Below, one piece after another: positions 13,405-27,100 of a stretch of DNA of 64,000 nucleotides (position 1 is the stretch's first letter; each line of letters opens with the position of its first letter). The notes below the pieces were generated by a model. That model ran no database searches and was not told the DNA's origin. It worked only from the letters and a program-made list of their open reading frames with translations. Made by a program: the position numbers and the translations under genes. The DNA comes from Adineta vaga (lineage: Eukaryota > Animalia > Rotifera): positions 62,001-126,000 of the forward strand of contig CP075497.1 of NCBI GenBank assembly GCA_021613535.1, written 5' to 3'.

Positions 13405-13578
13405 ACACACCCACATCTACACCCACACCCACACCCACACCCACACCCACACCCACACCCACACCCACACCCACACCCACCCACACCCACACCCTCACCC
13501 ACCCACACCCATCCACACCCACCCTCTGTGCAAGAAAGAGAGATCAACACCCACACTCACACTCACACCCATACCCTC
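13405..13578 (-). repeat. Interstitial telomeric tract (TGTGGG)n on minus strand, probable former chromosome end
   Basis: ~20 CCCACA-type units, a 23-nt interruption (13524-13546), then a degenerate CACACT/CCCACA block. Confidence 0.9.
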
Positions 13579-13780
13579 GTCTGTGAATGTTTGCTGACGC
13601 TAGTATTTATCTAGTTTGTTTTTTCGAGTTTGTAAACTACAGAAGTGTTCTTAAAATTAAAAAAACGGATATTAGTGGGTGTTGCGAGCAAATATCACAA
13701 AAGTCCAGATATGTCTGTGTTCCGAGGCGTTTTGATGAGCTGAGCATTAGCGCGTCTTGTCATAGATTATGATTCGTAAC

Positions 13781-16700
13781 TTACGAATTCTCATTATCAG
13801 CAGATTTTCTTGCTGCAGCTACGTAATCTAACGTGTCAGGATCTACGTATGCATGTGCTAGCAATGATGGATCTGAATCATCTTGTCTGAGATCGTCTTT
13901 CGATTCGAGACCAAGAGCAAGAGCTTCCTCATCGTGCCGTTTATAGAGGCTTAGCATAAGATGTTTAGCTCGTGTCTCGTCCATTTCGTTCATCAATTCG
14001 TTTTCTTCATCATCAGATTCGGATTTGTTACGTCTTTCGGTAGTAATTGTCTCCTCATCACTTCTTGTTGATAAACTCCGATCAATATGAGAACGTACTG
14101 AACGCGTTGAATGTGTTACATGTTCAATATGACCACGTTTTCGTCGTAGATACTCAATGTGTGCGTTTCTATTTTTAATTATTACGGCATATTCCTGTTC
14201 CCGCTGACGTTCATTCACGTTTGACATCGCTTGTGATGAGGACATAGTATTGACGGCATTCTCGACAAGTTTTTGAGCAACCATGAAATCACCGATTTGG
14301 TTTTCACAAGTCTCGAGTTCATGACGTATTGCATCGAGATTAACATTAGCAATGTGACCGATTTGGGTTAGCGTCATCCGATCAATTTTAGATTGAAGCG
14401 ATAGGTGGTCATTAGGAATTCGGAAAGCTCTCATCGAACCATACGCTTGGATGCGCGTGACAACGTTGCTATTAAACTGTGACAGAACATTGAAGATAAT
14501 AAACCCACAGGTTGCTTTATAGAGTTCCATAACCACATGACGTCCACTTTCATGATGATTTAGTGTTTGAGGATTCCGATCTTGTGTTAAGTATGATTCA
14601 GAGCCGAATATGTGGTCGAGTATTTTTTGTTTAGGAAGAGATTTAAATAATTCAGCAATAGTTGCTAAATGATATTCGTCTGGATCATCACTATTATCAT
14701 GTGTAACGAACAAATTCTCCACTTGTTGATTAAATAGTTTATGTTCGATGCTCGTCGGAATGGAAAAGACAAGTTTTTTTAAACGAGCAGTTATATCATA
14801 GTGAGCATATTCACTCATCGAATCACATATGTCACGAATCGCACGCACTGCTTTTCGAATCCATGGTCTCACTGTCTTGTGATATTCAAGATCAACAGCA
14901 TTGAGAAAAATAGTATGTTTTGCAATGTGATTATGCTTGCCGGGCGCTAATAGAAAATTCCTCACGTTTTGTCTAAAAATGTCGAGCAGATAAGTGTACA
15001 TTTGGGTTAGCCACGCAACACCAACAGTGAATGTGTCAAATATATGTTTGCGAACCCACTCTCGTACAGCTTTCTGAAGATTGTCGTAGTCATCGAGACC
15101 ACCATATAACATTGCAGTGGATGATTGTATTCCATCTTCTGTAATGTCTGTTGGCTCATGAGTGAAAGCCAGATAGTGAAATATCCGATTGAGCCGATCA
15201 AAATGGCGCACACCGACTAATTTCAAGCCAAGCTGAAGGTGATTGCCATCAACTGTTCTTTCAAGTTCATCTGCGCTGCGATATGCACGCCATTTGAGCT
15301 GTTTATATCGGTTCCATGAACTTACGCAACTATTTTCTATTTCATTGTATGTTCTACCGCAGACGTCCGTTGGAAAATAGTTATAGATCTCGGACTTATA
15401 TGCGGCATATCGGCATACAGTTTGCTGGAAGTCGCTGATGTATTTAAGGTAACTGCTTCTTATTTTTTCTGGATCTTGAAGTTTAAACATGCTTAACGCA
15501 TCTGAATATCTCCCATTCACTTCGTTAAGCTTGCGATGAAGGATAGCTTTTAGCCTTGGCAATGCACCGCGAAATGCCTAATAAAAACATTAATATATCG
15601 ATTTGAGATAACAATATCACATATGTGCTTTGAACTAGAAATGCAATGGTTGTGGTGGTTCGCCACTGCACCGCTTATCTGCTCAGCTGTATAGAGGGAC
15701 TGCTGATATGCTCATCACGCAGAATTTAGAATTATGTAGACTTGTTCGTATTACATAATACATCAAGCATAATGGAGCATGAGGCAAGCTTCCTTGGTGA
15801 AATAATCTTTCCGCGAATGTAAAACTCTGTTTATGATTTTAAAAAGCAAACAGAATTGCGACAGAATTCTAACCCCACTAACAGTATACAAACTATCTCA
15901 CTAACCATACCTCTCATCCAAGACTAAATTTTGCTTAGAGCTCAAAGCATCAAGCAAAATTTCAACAGAATTCAGTACTATACTCTAAAATTGAAATTTG
16001 AACGTATCATGGAGTGAAGATGGTAACTTCCAGCCAAGGAAAAGTCTGCCGAGATTTAGGGACACCAGCAGAGTTTTGATAGAACTTTAATTTCACACTA
16101 CACACTTCAAAATTCATCGCACACCTCGATTAATGACTTAGTCATCACATACCATTCTGTCTAAACGCTGCTGTCATTTTTAAATTCTAGCTGAATTCTG
16201 AGATATCAGCTCTTTCTGTGTCAACAATGTGTGCGTCTAGTTAACAAAATTCTAATAAGGTATAGAACTCTATAGAACATTTGTTAACCTATTACACTAA
16301 CCACTAGTAATGGAAAAATACGTAACTTTAAAAAGCTGTGAGTTCTGCTTGGTGAGCATTCTGCAGACCCTCATCATCAAAAAAAGAAAATCTAAGGTTG
16401 TTAAGTCAGGAGACCGTGACACGCCTGAGACCGGACCATCCCGTCCAATCCGCCGATGATTGTGAATTTCTCATTTAACCGGGAGCGAAACGCCTGCGAA
16501 AAACGAAATTTTTATGTAAAATGATTGCTAGAACACTGCCCTCTGTCCGAACGAGCCAGTAGAGAAGATTTCTGTCTTATTTAATCATGAGAAACAAATG
16601 CAGTAAATGATCAAATCGCACAAAAGCAAGTGTCGTAATATCTGAGTTAATGAATGGAGATAATTATTATGATGGCTAGACTGCAATTTGTATCATTAGT

Positions 16701-19103
16701 AAAACATCATTTACAACATGAAAATGTAAAACATCTCCATAGAAAGAAGACCAACACCACAGCTATTTACGATAAATTCCTTGAAGTCGGATCAAAGTGC
16801 GATCGTGAATGATGACGAAGACCGTTTTTTAGCAACACCCAGGGTGCTGCATGAAATTACCGCGTTTTTTCTGACAAATCAACGAAGAGTGTTCGCAGTA
16901 GGGGTATCATTTTACTAGGGATGCTGAAGCATTCATGTAGTGTTCCTTGATGCTTTATTACAGCTTTCTGATAGTTCTCCAAAGACAATTTGATGCGTTT
17001 CATCGAAATGCGCGAAAACATTTCTGGAGGATTGCCGAAGAACTGTCATAAATCATCAAGGAACGCCAGAAGAACGCTTCTTCGTTCCCTAGTAAAATGA
17101 CACCCCTTATTTGCAGTGTTTCACGATAAATCAGTGTGCTAAACTCGATGATTCATCGTGCATTGCACGTTATTTTAAAATATAAACCGTGCAAGATGCA
17201 TCAAGCACAAGGATTCCACGACGAGAACAATGATTTACGCGTTGAGATGCCTGAAATTCTTTTGCCAATTCGTGAGGATGCAAACCACGATAGTTGGACC
17301 TTTTTTCCAGATAAGACAATATTTCATGTGTCGGGGTTGATTCACAAACAGAACTGTCGCATTTGAGTCAAAGAGAGTTCTGATGTTACTGTAGAAGTCG
17401 CCATGTACTCATCAAAAGTTACTACATGGTGTGCCATGTCAAGCAAGATAATTGTTGATCCGCTTTGCTTCGTTGCACAAACAGTTGATCAACACAATTA
17501 TATGGATATGTTTGAAACGTTTTTTTCGGGTTTTACGGAATAAGAGGGTTACTAACAAGGCCGTATCATAGTAGGATAGAGATCTCCCTTATTTATTACA
17601 TGCGTTTCGTTCCGTGTTAAATGAGAAATTCACAGTGGGTGTGAGTGTGGATGGGGTGGAGTGGGATAGATGTGAATCAAGAATAATTATTCAAACTCAC
17701 AACCACAGTCGTCCTCACACCCACACCCACAGTTCGACGTGAAGCAATCGCTATTATCCATCCCAAAATGAGTTTGATATGCATTCAGCCTTGGATTGAG
17801 TGAATCGGAAGCCGATGAACGTTATCTTGTTTTTACTGCACGAACATATATTTTGTAGATAGTGTGGCTTTTCAAATGAATTATTTGAGAAGTGTCCACA
17901 CTACTGAAATTTTAAAGCTACCTACACTATTTTTAATTAAATGATATATATTTTATCGAACCATTCTACTTTCGATAGAAAACGACTGGCTGACTGAAAT
18001 GTCGATCAAAGCATATTTATCCGAAAGATGTAACTCAACGATTTTGAAAAGAGTCGGACCCAAGCACTGATAAGCTTTTAGGGAAATGATCATACTGAGA
18101 TATTTCTAGCACTTACTCTGAGCCAAAGTTGTTGGATCTGATGACGTACAACACCAATACCAATAAGAGATCGATACTCGCTCGAGTTAAACTTTTGAAG
18201 ATAATTAGGTGGCTGTTCACCTGCTCGATTCAGCTCTGTTATCCAGCTGTCAACTCTTTCCTTCTCCAGTTGAGGTAGATTAGCGATGTAATTAACGTTT
18301 TGTTCATACGAATTATCTGTCATCGAGTAGCCATCAAAGATCATATTAACAAAGTACGTCTCACCAAACTCTCGACGCAAGTTTGCAATTATCTCGTTGG
18401 CGGTCGTACCATTTTTCGTTTGCATCAATGCGTCAAATTTTGTTTGCACAGTCACCATGTGGCTCTCGTAATTTGGACGTGCTGGAAGTGTAGAAACGTT
18501 TCCCTGCGGAGCTGTGCACAATTCTCGAATAACTCGAGCACCAGTAGCATTCTGTAAAATTTGACCAGCTTCTTTGAGTAGAACTATTGAGAAACGTGGG
18601 TTGCGAACGTAAATTTCAACGATATTCTGAACGACAGTACGAACAGCAGCATCCGGATTGCCTGTGACAAGGCCTGGTACATCAAGAATTTCGAAGTCTG
18701 TGTAGTCAGCACTCTCAAGTACAACTTGATAAGGTGTAGCAGAAAAGCCGGTTGCCTCAGTATCCTTGATGCGTTCCATCACATGTTGTAGATGATCTGC
18801 CAACTGTGACGGATCACTGACGCCTACCGGTTCAACAACATTGATTTTGCCTGGAGGAAGGGAGCTTTTGTGAATTAGACGATAGGCAACAGGACATCGA
18901 GTGGCTACGTCAACGGCAGTGAATGAACATGGGAATCGAAGAAAATTTTGTACAAGCATAGATTTTCCGGCAGATGTTTCACCAACGACTACCAATTGAG
19001 GAACTTCAAGCTCATCTTCGAGGTTGTAATCACTTGCAATCTTGCGTAATTCAGTGTAAGCTTGAAATGCTGCTGGATCTAACACAGTCCCATCTGAGGC
19101 CAT
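13781..19103 (-). CDS. Atypical dynamin-family GTPase, paralog A (2 exons, ~927 aa)
   Basis: G1 GETSAGKS, G2 ATRCP, G3 DVPG, G4 TKFD in exon 1 (19103-18117). Phase-0 GT-AG intron 18116-15578 joins WLR|AFRG to the helical exon 2 (15577-13781). Confidence 0.85.
16350..16480 (-). mobile_element. Tc1/mariner-superfamily transposase C-terminal fossil
   Basis: Minus strand reads RIGRDGPV...SRSPDLTTLDFL, matching the WIGRGG...PRSPDLTPLDF signature. Confidence 0.65.
16700..17635 (+). mobile_element. Decayed Tc1/mariner (DD37D/maT-like) transposase in intron of dynamin A
   Basis: FFPDKTIFHVSGLIHKQNCRI*, SKVTTWCAMSS and LNEKF fragments with stops and frameshifts; interrupted by the MITE at 16900. Confidence 0.7.
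16900..17107. mobile_element. ~210-bp MITE, copy 1
   Basis: 22-bp TIR AGGGGT(A/G)TCATTTTACTAGGGA at both ends; homologous to 23664-23871. Confidence 0.75.
17636..17730. repeat. Degenerate head-to-head telomeric scar
   Basis: GTGGGTGTGAGTGTGG...GTGGG, spacer, then CTCACACCCACACCCAC. Confidence 0.55.
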
Positions 19104-19439
19104 CTCAAACTTGACAATTTGGTAAAATGTGTTTTTTCTTTCTGAAAGTGTGTGAGAAATTCAAGACATTTTTCGTGATAATATAACGGGTATGACAAAC
19201 GGTGATGAACTTATCAATGTTCTTTTTCATCATCTGCTCTAGTTTTCATGATTTTGAACTGGAGTTTTCTCCGAGTTTTCAACGTTTCACTGTCTAGCAA
19301 ACTATACACCAATAGCTGCGATACAAGTAAAAGTCAAAAGATCATTGCGTAGTATAACCTCTCTATAATGGACATCAGAATAACCAGATACAACCACCCA
19401 CTGTACAGAGGTGTCCATTTCCGAAAGATTTTCGAGGTA

Positions 19440-19720
19440 AAAAAAGTGATCACCACACGTAAACTCCACGTTTAGAGGTGGCTTTTCCATCCATACTTTA
19501 TCCGAAAGCTTTCGATTCATGTTTTACAATATGTTATAGGCGTCTTGGTAAAAAGTAATCCTCGAACAAGTATTGACCTGCCTCAAGAGTCTGTCTCAAA
19601 ATTGACGAAAAGGTGGTTATCATTCGGAAGTGCTATCTCCAAAACACAAAACAATTGTTTTGTTCGGGGAATACTACTTCCGGGTAGTGCGTAGTATTGT
19701 TCTGTTATGGGAATCAGTTT
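19440..19720 (-). repeat. Dispersed repeat, inverted homolog of 26880-27135
   Basis: The reverse complement shares TGATTCCCATAACAGAACA and AAAGTATGGAT...CGTGGAGTTTAC.TGTGG...TCACTTTTTT with 26880-27135. Confidence 0.7.
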
Positions 19721-19938
19721 GCTGGTCGCTGCTGGTTTACTAAGTACTGATCGTAATTAGTATTGAAGGTGTCAGATTGTCTATTTTTAAAATTTCGAAA
19801 GGGTTCGACGAAAATCTAGGCACTCTCGCATGGACTCATAATAGTGTTCGGTAAAATGTGGACGCTGGGCTGCTGGAATCGCAAAAATGATAATTTGGAG
19901 TAAGCGCCTCCTGGAACTCACTTTGTTGGACCGATTTC

Positions 19939-19999
19939 CGAGGGTGTGGGTGTGGATACGAATCAGAGAAAGGCACGACCACATTCACACCCACCCCTC
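19939..19999. repeat. Short head-to-head telomeric scar
   Basis: GAGGGTGTGGGTGTGG-spacer-CACATTCACACCCACCCCTC. Confidence 0.65.
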
Positions 20000-21065
20000 T
20001 ATAAAAAGGGTTTATTAGCTATTTTACAAACGGAGAAAGGATTGGTAACTGATTGCAAAATTTCCGTCGATTACTACGTAATCTGTTTAGAGAGTAATAT
20101 GAACACGTCGCCAAGATACTAGGACAGCGAGCCGCGTCCTGTGTCAAATGCCGCAGTACTTTGACCTTTTCAGTTGCCTATCGGAAGTGAAGAGAAGTGT
20201 TACAAGCACCATTTCACAGAGCAAGTCAAGCTCTATCGAATGGTAAGAGACGCGATTCTCACAGCGAAAAACTGTCAAGTGAAAAATTTATGAATAGAAA
20301 AACTATAGATTCTGTCATTTTTTTGGATGTTTTCTTCCGGGTGCCAAGAGTCGATCCGTGCTATCCGTCTACAAGAGAAACTGTAGGCCGTAAGATGTTG
20401 GATTCGTGTCTGGTACACTAAAGCCTAACTGATTAGGAGGTCAAATCCGAAATCCATTTTCCATCGTGTTTTTCGAATATTGGATTTTGTCGTAGAACGG
20501 CTCTTGAATAATTAATTAAAACTTCAAAAATGAAATAATGCTCTCTTACCTTACCTGGTTTTCAGAGTTTGGTTATAAAGCCTCCTTTTTTATACCTTTT
20601 CGGGGAAAGACCAACCGTGTACACGAATCGTTTTTAATGCATCTTTCTTCATAAACATTACAAAATAAATTTCTTCTTTCATTTTACCTTTTATTTCGTT
20701 GTTGTTCGAAACCACACCACACATATTCCTCTCATTATGCTGAAGAAAGTGGAGAAAACCTTTAAGAGCATCTCCAGTTATTTTGGTGATTTTTTTCTAA
20801 TTCTACCTTTGAAGGTCGTCCATCACTGTGCTTATTGAAGAATGTGAACGAACACTATACAGTACTAACATTGCTCAGTGGTGGACGGACAATCCATTGC
20901 AAGAATCATTTGTCGCGCAGACAGTTCATCGAATAACTGTTTGCTTGTAAAACGATCAGGACAAATACAAAGAGCGTAGTTAGTCAGAGACTGTCCTTAA
21001 TGGAAAAAAAGAATTTTATCGCAAAAATGGTAAGTCAAAAATAGATAGAGAGGAAATTCGTTCTA

Positions 21066-22030
21066 ACGGGTGGACCAAAAGTTTTCGGACAAAATATTTG
21101 TTCATTTCTCATCCGTTAGAATGTACTTTGGAGAAGTCAAAAACTATGGGTTAGAACTAGAATTTAATGCTCTTTCTGAATATGAGCTCAAAGATTACTT
21201 ATCAGATTTTGTTCGAGAGTAGTGCAGGAATCTTTGGAATGCTTGAAAAAGTAGTAGGGGCGGAACGGTTTGACCGAAGTTTTTGTAAAGTATTTTGTTT
21301 ATTTTTGGCCTATTTGAAAATATTCTACATAGGTGAAAACTATAGATTGAGGCCAAAGCTTGATACTCTTTCCATACGTGAGCTCAAAAATTTTGTATCT
21401 GTTTTGGCGCAAGAGTGATGAAAGAATCTTTGAAAGTTCTGAAAACTGGTCTAGGCAGCGAACAAACAGGCAGTTGCTATCTCCGGTATGTCCGATTGAA
21501 AAGGTACTAAAAACGGTTGAACTTAGTAGTCTTGTAGAGCAACCAATTCTTTACAAAATCTAGAGTGGATCTAAAATGTAACTTTTGCACAAGTGAAACT
21601 ATAAGCGACTTCTCAGGCATTGCTTTCTATATGAGACACGCTTAGACCAAAAACACGATTTTTCAAGTGAGCTTGATAAGAAAAGAAATTCTCGGTATCT
21701 TATCGAAAGATAAAACTAAACTAGAATAATACATTTTGTAGAGTAAAGTTTGTTCAACAAGCTGCTATATTAGGAAAGACTCACACTTTGAACGTTGGAA
21801 TCTTAGTCGTGAAACTATACAAAAAAAATTTACCGTCCAAACTACTTTTCCAAGTCTTCCAAAGATTTCCTCGCTACTTTCGAACAAAATCTGATAAGTA
21901 ATCTTTGAGCTCATATTCAGCAAGAACATTAAATTCTAGTTCTGACCCATAGTTTTTGACTTCTCCGAAATACATTCTAACGGATGAGAAATGAACAGAT
22001 ATTTTGTCCGAAAACTTTCGGCCCACCCGT
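21066..22030. mobile_element. Non-autonomous Tc1/mariner-type element (~965 bp) with ~190-bp TIRs and TA target duplication
   Basis: ACGGGTGGACCAAAAGTTTTCGGACAAAATA... mirrored by ...TATTTTGTCCGAAAACTTTCGGCCCACCCGT; TA on both sides. Confidence 0.85.
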
Positions 22031-23663
22031 TAGGCGGTATTTTTGTCTGTGACAAATCAAAGGTCAAAGGTAAAAATCAACTTAAAACAATATCCCAAAA
22101 ATAGGCTGGAGCTTCGAAAAACACGTGAGAACTAGGCATGCAACAAGCCCGAGCTTCCCGGCGTCATCTTTTCCCGGCATTGATATGCAATATTTACCGA
22201 CGTCTTCATTTGGGATTATATTAGACATCCATTGAATTCAGAATACGTCGAGGTTGGGACACGACCGAGATTTCCCGGGCTCGACTATTTCCGGTTTGAT
22301 ACAAGTCTAACAGACCTCAGAGTGAAGTTATCAGTGGATATTGTATTTGGTTCCGAGGATGACCGAATTCCGGGAAATGGTGAGCCCAGGATTTACTTGG
22401 ACTTGGCTTATACCAAGTAAGAACAGCATTCTTTCGACCTACAGACTCGATATCTTTGCTATCAGACTCCATAGTCACTCTTGAAGATACGAGAAAAGGC
22501 GTCCTCGAATCCGATTCGCCCATTTTTTCAGCCAGTGGGAAGACAAGAGGTCGTTTCTTTCTTATGTCTAGGGGACAACACGAGGGATTGTTCTATCAAA
22601 AATGAAGCTCTCTCTTCTCAGTGAGAGACCCTCGTGTTCTTCTCGGAAGATAAGAAAAGAAGGGCGTTCTCAAAATCGATCGTTCTATTTTTAGGCATTT
22701 AGGTGAAGGCGGTTCCGTTTCTTCCGTATTACTCTGAAAGGAAACTCTGTCCGCTCTTCATATGTGTTATATCTGCTTGTTTTCTTTTTTTTGTAGAGGA
22801 ACCGTTATATTAAACATTAACTCGTAAGGAAACCCAGACGTGCTCTAAGGGATGACTTTGCTTTTGTGGAGGTACTCACGTTCGTTGAAATATGGAAGAG
22901 CCCTTCACATCGTGATAGCGATAGTCGGTTTGCCTCGCCGATATATTCATGCCCAGGGAAGTTAGGTAGACGAAGTACAGAAAAGTCAGGAAATACGGAC
23001 TAATCGGTCTCAAATGATTGATAAACCAAAGCTGATTCTGCGTTAAGAAGGCAAATATAATCGCTCCGTTGATTTCAAGAGGAGCGTTTGGGTGAGTTAT
23101 TGCACCCTTCTTGTGATTGAATATTATTGTTGGTCGCACACTGTACCGAGAGTCAATGACGAGTGATCAAGAGAGGAAAGAGTTGATTACGTATGGCGCG
23201 AAGGAAGGAACTACTGAAACAATTTGTATCAGTTGAAATTTAAATCCTGGAACGAAAGGACAAATCTCTTCGTCATATGCATGATACCCAATCAACAGAG
23301 TACGAGGTAAAGCCGATCTGTAGTGAAGTTGAAAGAGTGTTTTTCGCAGAAGATACTTGTTATTGTTACAGACGAAGTCTCCATACTATGTCTTTCTTCA
23401 TCTCTTGTGAAATACGGTCTGGAAGAGAATGTGTGGGGTGGGGTGCGGGTGTGGATCTATGTGATGATCGAATAAACAATCTCTGCTGATAACACTTGAA
23501 AGTGTGAATAAGAACCAATCGAGGGTGAAGTGAGTCCCCTCAACGACTGTTACTTGTTCTAATATTTAGATAGCTCTGATTATCCTAATATTCTCATAGT
23601 TCTGATAGTTCGGTAATTCTGACTATTACTCAATTTTTATAACCTCTATTGTGTGTTAGTACT

Positions 23664-23871
23664 AGGGGTGTCATTTCACTGGGGAACGTAAAAGCGTTGT
23701 TCCGGTGTTCCTTGATGTTTTTTGTAGTACTTTGACAATTCTTCAGAGATACTTTGGTGCATTTCACTGAAACGCGCAAAAAAGTCTGTAGGGAACTGTC
23801 GAAGAACTACAAAAAACACATAGAAACACGCCACAAGAACGCATTTGTGTTCCCTAGTGAAAGGACACGCT
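23664..23871. mobile_element. ~210-bp MITE, copy 2
   Basis: AGGGGTGTCATTTCACTGGGGAAC...GTTCCCTAGTGAAAGGACAC; internal GTGTTCCTTGATG and GAAA(T/C)GCGC blocks shared with copy 1. Confidence 0.7.
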
Positions 23872-24180
23872 TCGTTAGTATTGAGTATTGTAATATATAG
23901 ATTGCTTCAAAATTCTACAAAAACTTCATCACTACGATATGATGATAGCTGTTAAACTCTAGAAGATGCATATTGCTAAATATTCAAAACTTCTGGAATC
24001 TGAAGCGTTTATAGTTGTCTGGTTGTGATAGAAATTTCGAGACGTTAATAATAAAAGGTTAAAAGTGATGTCAGAATTCGATGAGAATTCCAGAATCTCG
24101 AAATAGGGCCATGTCTCTTAGTGTAACATGTTGAACTTTTTAAACTCATCTCATTCTAGATAAACGTGCCGGCAAAGTTT

Positions 24181-27100
24181 ATGGAATCAGGAGCTGAACC
24201 GCTTCTAATGAACAGAGAAACCTTTGATACATATTGCACTTTGCATCAGATTGCGAACAAGTACAAGCTTCAACTAAATTCGCCCAGCATTGTCTTTGTG
24301 GGGGAAAGGTCAACAGGCAAGTCTATGTTAGTGCAAAATTTTCTCGGCTTTCCGTGCGTGTTTACTGATTCCGAGGTGGCTACTCGATGTCCTGTTACAT
24401 ATAAACTCCATTACAATGCTCATGTGCAAGCCCCTAGAGTGATGAAACCGAAGGGTGTTGACCGAGAAGAGCTTGCCAAACACCTTGGGCAGCACATGAA
24501 ACAAATCGAAAGTGAATTACAATTCTCCCACGAACCCTATCGTGTTGAAATCGAGAGTGATGCCTATCCAGATCTGGAAATTATCGATCTCCCAGGTCTC
24601 ATCAGCGGTTCAGACAATCCAGTGGAGCGAAATAACATTGAAATGAGTAAGTTATTGTTCTCACTGGGCTATCATCTTCGCATTGTCTAGCAACTTAATG
24701 ATTCGACAGCTCTCTTTGTTTGTCTTACAAGCGAATTTCTCGACACTAAAACCTTTTTCAATTGGTGATATGATGGTTAGATAGTTCATCGCCAGAAGTG
24801 AATGATCCTAAGCTTGCTGCGGCTGCAGTGTCATCTAGAAAGAACAAGTAATGCTGGCCGAGAGGATTCGCTTCACGCTCAATTGATTTTTGTTCACATT
24901 TCTGAGTGTTCTTTCGGAAGAACAGTTTCTCAACTACCTTTAAACACCTTATCTTCTAGAAAAAAACTAGCTCCTCGTCAGTCGTCGACATCCCCCTAGC
25001 TCATCGCTTTCCATCCTTTCTCTGACGTTCTGCCCAAGCCAAACTCTCCATTGGAGGATGAACTTAACTGCCCGCAGCCTAACATTCGAGTATCATTTGT
25101 ACGATCAACAGATTTTCATTTCATCTTTCTAACCTTGGTCGCTATACTCTTCAATCTTAACCAGAGAATCAGTGGTATTGCAGACTTTCACGTCTCATAT
25201 TCTTCTATGACTTGAATGTCAACCGATAAAAATTCGTCTACTAGTTTCTTCCATCACGAAAAATGTAACTAACTACTTTCTCTGCGAATCACTGCCCATC
25301 AATTTTTGATCTACTGCTTGCGCAATAATACCCGATCATGCTAGTTATACGGTAACTCAACCAAACGAACTCCTTGGAATGAATACGGCAGTTGAGTGTG
25401 ACTGACCGACACATGATGAATTCGATTCATTAGTCATTCGAAACTGATCAAACCTCATTACAGAAATGCCCTTCACTTCTTTGAGCTGTGACTTCTCTCA
25501 GCATGAGTGCATCACTGTGCGAAAGAGTTGCACGAAACTGCAACCACGATCTTACAAATTCCTACATTTCTGAAGGGCCACGTTTTCTCCTATAAAAACT
25601 AATTGACCTCACCTCAGTACGTTTGCTTTACCAACCAAGTCATCATGAAACCAGACCTTTACTCTCGTCAAAAAAGACAAACGACAAGAGCGTCTACGAC
25701 TTTTTGGGAAAACACACGATTTCCTCCCGAAACAGAAACGACAACACCGGGACCCTTCATCTCATTACTCAAAAATAGGCCGACTAGATTCGAAGAGCCA
25801 TCCTCACCCGTCCTATTTACAAGGAGGAGCACGGGGATTACCGGACGGAGGAGAAAGAGGAAAAAGAGAGCTACCTTTTTGATATAACAAGCATGGCGTT
25901 GTTCGTGCAGGATAAGAGTGCAACGACCTCCTGTTCTCCTATTGGTTGAAAAACGGACCAATAAGCTCTAGAGAGCTTTCTTCTCCCTTATTTTTAAAGA
26001 AGAACAGGGGAGTCACTGGACCGATTACAATCAGCAAAGAATTTTATCCTACTCATTTTTGGGAGTTGGAACAAGTCTCCTACGATTCACTATCGTCTGA
26101 TGTTTTTTTAACCTGAGACAAACAGAAACAAACTTTTTTCCATAAGATTCTCCCCTCTGTCAAGGGAATTATGAATAGTTCGAATTATTGGCATCATTAC
26201 TGATTTTTTTACTGAACTTTTGATTTTCTGAATGTGACAAAACTTATCACGCTCAAATTTTTTTGTTTCGGCCCTAAGCGGCGGTCTTGAATATCCGAAC
26301 ACTTTATCCCGAAACGACAACTATGTAAAGAGAAAGAAGTTTTCTGAACCTTTCTTTTCAATTTTGTAAGTTGTCAAATAGTACCGTTCGATGAGAAGAT
26401 CAAGGATTTTTTAGCAGATTTCTCGTACTGTTATCTAGTTGAGACAGTATTTATCGTAAAAATCAAACTTATTCCTTTCTGTATCTATTAGTCTGAAAAG
26501 AAACTTCTATAATTTGACATCATCTTTTTGCCCTTGCATATTACCGTGATTATCAAAGAAAAGAACGAAATCAAGTGAAACAGAGTTAGAAGAAGATAGT
26601 CCGTGTTTAGGTAATTGAGACACTATCACTCTCAGATCGAACACTTCAACACGGAAACGGTCGGTTCTATGAGTCAAGAAAAGTGAGCTCCACGAGATGC
26701 TAGCTCCAAAATTGTCGAATTTGCGATTTGGTCATTCCAACGTCCACATTTTACCTAACACTTAGAAACCATGAAATGTTGTTTAGATCTTCTCTGACCC
26801 ATTCAAAACGTTACAAGTAAACAATCAGACATCTTCTGCACTATGAATAGTGCTTAACTGATTCGCAGTGATCAGAAAATTGATTCCCATAACAGAACAA
26901 ATGTACTCAGTATCTGGAAGTATCATTCCCACAGCGGAACAATTGTGTTCTGTTTTCGAAAAAGCATTTCCGGGTAGTGAGCACCTTTCTACCGATTTTC
27001 AGATGGAACTCTTGAGACAGGTCAGTACTTGTTCGACGATTACTTTTCACCAAAGATGCCCATCAGATATTGTAAAGTATGGATCGAGAAGTCAGCTCCA

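Noticed and set aside
13287-13614. HP/CG/VW-repeat ORFs here and at 43406-43805 and 46295-46614
   Set aside because: Translations of telomeric hexamer tracts, not proteins.
19302-19520. Similar short ORFs at 19302 (-) and 27029 (+) suggesting a small gene family
   Set aside because: The similarity reflects a dispersed DNA repeat; frames are not conserved beyond a short block.
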